Below, in pieces: positions 58,831 to 64,000 of a stretch of DNA of 64,000 nucleotides. The notes below the pieces were generated by a model. The model saw only the letters and a list, made by a program, of their open reading frames with translations, was not told the origin of the DNA and ran no database searches. Made by a program: the position numbers and the translations under genes. The DNA is taken from positions 29,884,001 through 29,948,000 of the forward strand of contig CM114271.1 of assembly GCA_050084515.1 (NCBI GenBank). Reading direction: 5' to 3'. Numbering within the stretch: position 1 is the stretch's first letter; each line of letters opens with the position of its first letter. This DNA is from Blasia pusilla. Taxonomy: Eukaryota.

Positions 58831-59849
58831 TGTCGTGCGCCTACTCTTCTTGAACGTTAATCTTGTTTGTTGCGGAAGCGTGCGTTCAATAGGTCACGCT
58901 CTCAACGCTGATCTGCATCCAAACACGCACTTCGGTTAGTCGGGTCTTGGATCAATCAGCGGGATTACTTTCCGAGTTCTCATCTCGGACTCTCTCTTCA
59001 AGCTCAACCTTCCTAGTTTCGCGGTTTCCAAGACGGGCAAGTCTCGAAAGACTTGGGACAGACTTTCTGGTCGGTTCAAGAACCTGAAACGGCGTTTCGC
59101 GCCTAGCGGTTCCAACTGTCCGATGAACATCCAATGAGTTCCTCACCAAGACTCGCACGGAGTGAATCTCGGGTTGGAATCCAAGTGTGGCGTACAAAGT
59201 CCACTCCCTTGGATCAGGTTTGGGTTTGGGTTTCGCAAACTCCCGTTTCATCCGTGCCTCAAACGCCGTTTGGCACCCAAAGTGGGGTTTCGTTTCCCGA
59301 GACATCTCAGAGAAGGTACTCCCCTTACTAGTACTTCTGGGAATCTCCGGGGCCCCTACATTTAGGGGAAAGACACCGGGCCCTTCCATTGGCCCTCAAC
59401 CCGATTGCTCTCTGAATCGTTTTCGGCCAATATCTCAGCCTGTACTTATGCGTTTGCTGAGATCTTTGGTGCGTTGGAAGCGTCTCAAGATCAGCTTTCC
59501 AACGCGGCCTTACTTGTCCCGAACACATCTCGGAGCTCCACGTTATGGTCCTAAACACAATCAGATTCTCCCAAACGCTAGTCATGTTCCAAATCGGTTC
59601 TCACCTCTTTGGCAACCAACCTCCAAGACTCAACTCATCTCAAGTCTCGGCTCGCGTTTGGTCTAGGTTTCCTGGTCGCGACCACTAACGCATGAAACGC
59701 ACAACTCTGTTCCGCGTTTCGTCTCTTAGACTTTTTCCAAGAGACTCTACCAAACGCCTCCAAAGCGCAAACCCGCGGCGTGAGTTCCTTTCGATTCGAT
59801 GTTTCGCTTGGCGCGTATTTGGTGTTGTTTGGTTATGAGGGTCGCAACA
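58831..59849 (-). mobile_element. 3' LTR (1019 bp) of chromovirus B, inverted
   Basis: Reads TGTTGCG...CACGACA on the minus strand and is preceded on minus by PPT-like AAGGAGGGTTGAG (59862-59850). Confidence 0.95.
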
Positions 59850-60541
59850 CTCAACCCTCCTTAGAAGGTTGATGTCCTCATCAACGCAAACCTTATTGAT
59901 GTTAAGTTCTGGGAAGCCGACCCCTTAACACAGAATCGCGTTCTGGTAGCTAACCCGCAATTCCTCTTTTTGGCTTAAGTCTTAGGTTTGTCGCTATAAA
60001 GACTTAGACTTATTAGCTTCGCTTTTCGATGAGTCGACTAGTTCTGCCAAACTAATCTAACTATCAAAATAAGCTCACTAAGTCTGCAACCTAACACTTC
60101 ACTCACTATTTGTAAACAACCGCCTGTCTACCTAGCCAACTCGTACTACTTTTGGGTCACCTGTATTCCACCTAGGCGCGTCACTAAGTTCAGTCATGAA
60201 ACATGAATGAGATCACCACAAACCCCAAGACAGACTCATTTGCCCCGCCGACGTTAGGGCGAGCCCAAATGCTAGTACTTCAACACTTGGTCCTAATCTA
60301 GATGCCTTATCTGAATACAAGCTCTCACCTCAAATACTCATTGTTTGGTCTCCTTGACTTACATCCTAAGCATATGAAGAACTACTCATTGCCTTGCACA
60401 AACCAAACTCAAAATTACAATACAAGCATCGAATCTCCAAATCCATGTCTTCTTTATTGCAACAACTAAACCTTTCTAGTTACAACGGGTTATCGGCCCA
60501 AGCTTTCCGGTCACAAGTTATGTCCATTGCTTCACCATGTA

Positions 60542-63062
60542 CTAACGCACGTGCTTTTCTTGCATCCATCTGAAGTCACGCAATGCTTCTTGCGCATGTT
60601 CTAGATCCGCCTCTGCAATCCAAGTCGCCTCTTTCACATGATAGCCTTTCCACTTGACCAAGTACTCGTACTTGGTGGCCCTACGTCTGGAACGCAGAAT
60701 AGTCTCAACCTCAAACTCTGGTTCCTCATTTCTGATGACCGGTTGTGGTCTCAACATCCTCCTTCGCTCCGACGACATTGTCTTGAAGATACTTCTTCAA
60801 TAATGACACATGGAAAGTCGGGTGAATCTTGAACTCGTTTGGCGGCTCCAACGTGTACACATCCTCAAACGGCCTTGCCTTGATCACATACGGTCCAAAG
60901 ATACTTGGTGACAATTTATGACAATTCTTTCGGAAGAGTGAGATTCTTAACACTCAACCACACTTGTTCCCCAACTTGGAAACTCACATGGCGCCGACTT
61001 TTGTTAGCATGCTTTACGTACCTTAGTTGAGCCTTGGCGAGACTTTCTCTCGCTTCGCTCTTGTCGTTCTGCATTTCCACTAACAAACATTCCGCCGTTG
61101 CTTGACGAGTGTGTGTCGATGTATTGCCCTTCGAAAAAGAGCTAAGTCAAGAGGCCCTTCGGTTCTCTTTGATACGCCAGAAGAAACGGAGATTCTCCGG
61201 TTGCAGAATGCTTAGTCGAGTTGTAACAATACTCAGCCATACTTAACCACTTGGCCCAATCTCTTTGGTCCGCACTCACGTAATTCCGTAAGTATTGGTT
61301 TACGATCGAGTTTACTTTTTCCGTTTGCCCATCCGTTTGAGGATGGAAGGCCGTACTAAAGCTGAGTTTGGTCCGGAACCTCCTGAATAGATGTTTCCAA
61401 AAGGCCTCGTAAACCGGATCCCGATCGGACACAATGCTCCTAGGCAATCCGTGCAAGACGCCACCAACCATCCAGGAATAGTCGGAAGTCGTAGGCCGTC
61501 GCAGACTCTCTCGTCGGCACAAACCTCCCCAACTTGCTAAACCGATCAACTATCACAAGTATAGCGTTGTATCCCTCAGATTCTGGAAGACTCGTAATGA
61601 AATCCATGCTAATGCTTTGCAAGGGTCCCTCCGGGATTGGCAAAGGATGAAGTAAACCTTGTTTCTTCGCATAAGACACGCGTTCGGCGGAGTCACGCAT
61701 GTTTTCACATATTGAGCAACATCTTCCTTCATGTTGGGCCAGAAGAACCTCTTAGACAAAACATCAAGAGTGGATTTCTCCCCTTTGTGTCCCGCCAAAG
61801 GTCCATCATGACATTCCACAAACACCTTGGTCCGTAGCTTGCCTTGGCCTACATAGATCCTGCTCTGCTTAAACCTTAGCAAGCCGTGTCTCAAACTCAG
61901 ATTGGCCACCTTCTCGCCCGCTTTAACTTCCCAAGGTACTCCTCGCTTGCTCATCCTTCATGTATCCTTCACGAATCCTTCTTTCGATTCTGTTTCATTA
62001 GGGAACATTGCTCTCAACACTTGTGTCGTCGATGGCATGTGTTCATCCCTGCGACTTAACGCATCTGGAATGACATTGTCCTTCCCCGGCTTGTGGATTA
62101 GCTCCACATTCATCAACGCCAAGGTATCATGCCACCGAAGTTGTTTTGGCGTCACGCGATCCTGGGTCTCAAAATACTTGAGCGATATGTTATCGGTGAA
62201 TACTCGAGTCCTGTGAAGTCCCAAATAGTGACGCCACTTCCTCAAGCAATGAACCACCGCAAACAACTCTTTCTCATGAGTAGGCCATCTCCTTTCGGTG
62301 TCGGTCAGCTTCTTGCTTTCGTATGCTCAGTCTCCTTTTGCACCAACATTCTTGCAATCGCGAAATCGCTAGCATCCGTGTGCACCTCGAACAATTTGTT
62401 CAAACTCCGGCGTTTAAGGCGGTTCTGCGAGAGGATCTCTTTGACTCGATTGAACGCTTTATCCACTTCCTCGGTCCATGTAGTATTGGAAAACTTTGCG
62501 GTCCAATCCGTGAGAGGTTTCATTATGCCCGAAAAATTCTTCACGTATGTCCGTAAAAGCGACGGACTCGATGAACCTTCATCATCCCTTCACCGTGGAA
62601 GGCGGTTCCCATTCGCAATCGCGCTCACCTTTTCCATGTCTGGACTCACTCCATTTGCACTGACCACATGTCCCAAGAACTTGATCTTCGTCAAACCGAA
62701 CTCACTCTTATCCGCATTCGCATACAGCTTGTTCGCCCTAAGTTTCTCAAACACCGTCTTCAAATGTCGAGCGTGCTCCTCTAGTGTTTTCGAATAGATG
62801 AGTATGTCATCTATATAGATGATCACAAACTCATCCGTCTCCTTGTGAAAGATGGAGTTCATCAAAGTGGTAAACGTCGGAGGCGCATTACAAAGACCGA
62901 AGGCATTACTACAAACTCGAACGAACCGTATCTCGCCCTCTGAGCGGTCTTCTCTACATCCGCCGGCAATCCGAATCGATAATATCCTGATTTCAGGTCA
63001 ATCCGGCTGAAATACTTGGCACCCGACAATCGATCAAAGAGGTCATCCATCCTCGGTAGAGG
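60542..63062 (-). mobile_element. Chromovirus B pol remainder (RT, RNase H, integrase, chromodomain), inverted, with many frameshifts
   Basis: [90 protein letters not shown] and chromodomain EFEVETIL..YLVKWKGY. Same family as 1-1760. Confidence 0.95.
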
Positions 63063-63063
63063 A

Positions 63064-63339
63064 ATAGGTTGGGAAGAGCCAAAAGGCTCAAACCCTAAAA
63101 ATAGCCCTTCCCTTGGTAACCTGCGCGCACAGGTTACCAGGGGCAGGTGACCTGGTCAACAAGTCACCCGACTGTAAAAGACCTCAACATGAAAGTTGTC
63201 AGAAACAACGTTCCTGACGCAATGGACCTATCCTCAACCTCATCCGACACTATGGGACAAAGTTACACTCAAGATAGTCCGCTGGCTCCTACGCCCTATC
63301 CACGATAGATCTCGGCCTATCGGCTACTCAGATGTGACA
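63064..63339 (-). mobile_element. Proximal fragment of young LTR-like element C
   Basis: The minus strand starts TGTCACATC, aligns with 54801-55078, and ends at CCAACCTAT (inversion breakpoint). Confidence 0.8.
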
Positions 63340-63341
63340 GT

Positions 63342-64000
63342 TGTCGTGCGCATACATATCGCTACACAACATACATCGCTCATCACATCTACACCACACA
63401 ACACTGATCTTCCCCACACACGGGTCGATCCACACATGTACAAAAATCAACTCATACATATATATGGAGATCACTCAACCGCCCCCCTAGCTGGCAGTTG
63501 GATCCCCCCAACTCCAGATAGAAAATATCACATCTCTCTGACATGACCTACTACCCTATACACATCTCGGACACATCCATCGTCCCGTGGGAACCACATC
63601 AAGAGGGGGGGGGTCAGACATGACATATGCCACCCTCGAGAACAACCATCATATACCAACATGGTGGCTGCACCCCTCGCAGATCCGCACGACATACACC
63701 TCAAGCATGCAAGTACTACAGCCAAGCTCGGATCCACCGTCCCATCTACGTTCGGAAGATGACATGGCGCACAATTGCGCACATGATCCTTCCAAACCAT
63801 ACCATCACGTCCCTCCAACATGAGGACTCCGGTCGGTAATACCTCGCGTAGGATCGTACGCCCTGCAGTGACATCTAGCGTCGTGGGTTCCGCCTGCTGT
63901 AAATACACGTAATCTCCAGGATGAAACCTCCTAATCCCTGGACGATAACCTCCTCCACGAATGGTTGCGTACCTCAATGTATCTCTATGCTGGGCAATAG
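63342..64000 (-). mobile_element. 3' end of a Ty3/Gypsy element with a PHD-finger integrase C-terminus, PPT and 136-bp 3' LTR (63477-63342)
   Basis: IAQHRDTLRYA..RRFHPGDYVYL...VLMLEGRDG..HVRNCAPCH is followed by CxxC..ML.(Y)DGC.RGWHMSCLTPP. After a frameshift in the G9 run (63605-63613) it continues LDVVPTGRWMCPRCV*. The PPT AGGGGGGCG plus GT precedes TGAGTG...CACGACA. Confidence 0.85.

Noticed and set aside
58741-58860. C-terminal tail of ORF 57715..58860 as a real protein domain
   Set aside because: It is chance read-through across the inversion breakpoint into element C and the LTR.
55593-59849. Large TIR DNA transposon or DIRS element with 1-kb inverted termini
   Set aside because: The PBS, PPT, DDE integrase, TSD and split RT show these are ordinary LTRs rearranged by inversion. 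No tyrosine recombinase was seen.
55335-63477. TRIM with 136-bp LTRs and C as its internal region
   Set aside because: There is no PBS or PPT at the inner junctions on either strand, and C occurs independently at 54801-55261.

Overview
This is repeat-rich eukaryotic plant DNA; the intron style and transposon types suggest a non-seed land plant such as a bryophyte, which is inference only. It contains one intact host gene, a 14-exon respiratory burst oxidase homolog (RBOH/NADPH oxidase). The gene is on the minus strand at 24406..19452, encodes 1036 aa by my exon join, has one GC-AG intron, and sits in a CpG-rich island. Around it lie the 3' end of a chromodomain Ty3/Gypsy element (1-1760), a decayed CACTA/EnSpm element (~6.1-15.5 kb), hAT remnants (~36.1-37.7 kb), a near full-length but dead LINE (~42.2-47.4 kb) ending in (CT)31(CA)106, hairpins and degenerate tandem repeats. 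The most unusual structure is a nest at 54.8-64 kb. A PHD-finger Gypsy element with 136-bp LTRs flanks a ~480-bp LTR-like element that has no TSD. A 7.4-kb chromovirus then inserted into that element with a 4-bp TSD (CCCT). Finally a 4.3-kb segment (58741-63063) was inverted at a 4-bp microhomology, leaving the two chromovirus LTRs as a ~1-kb inverted repeat. All coordinates and alignments were derived by eye; no database searches were run.
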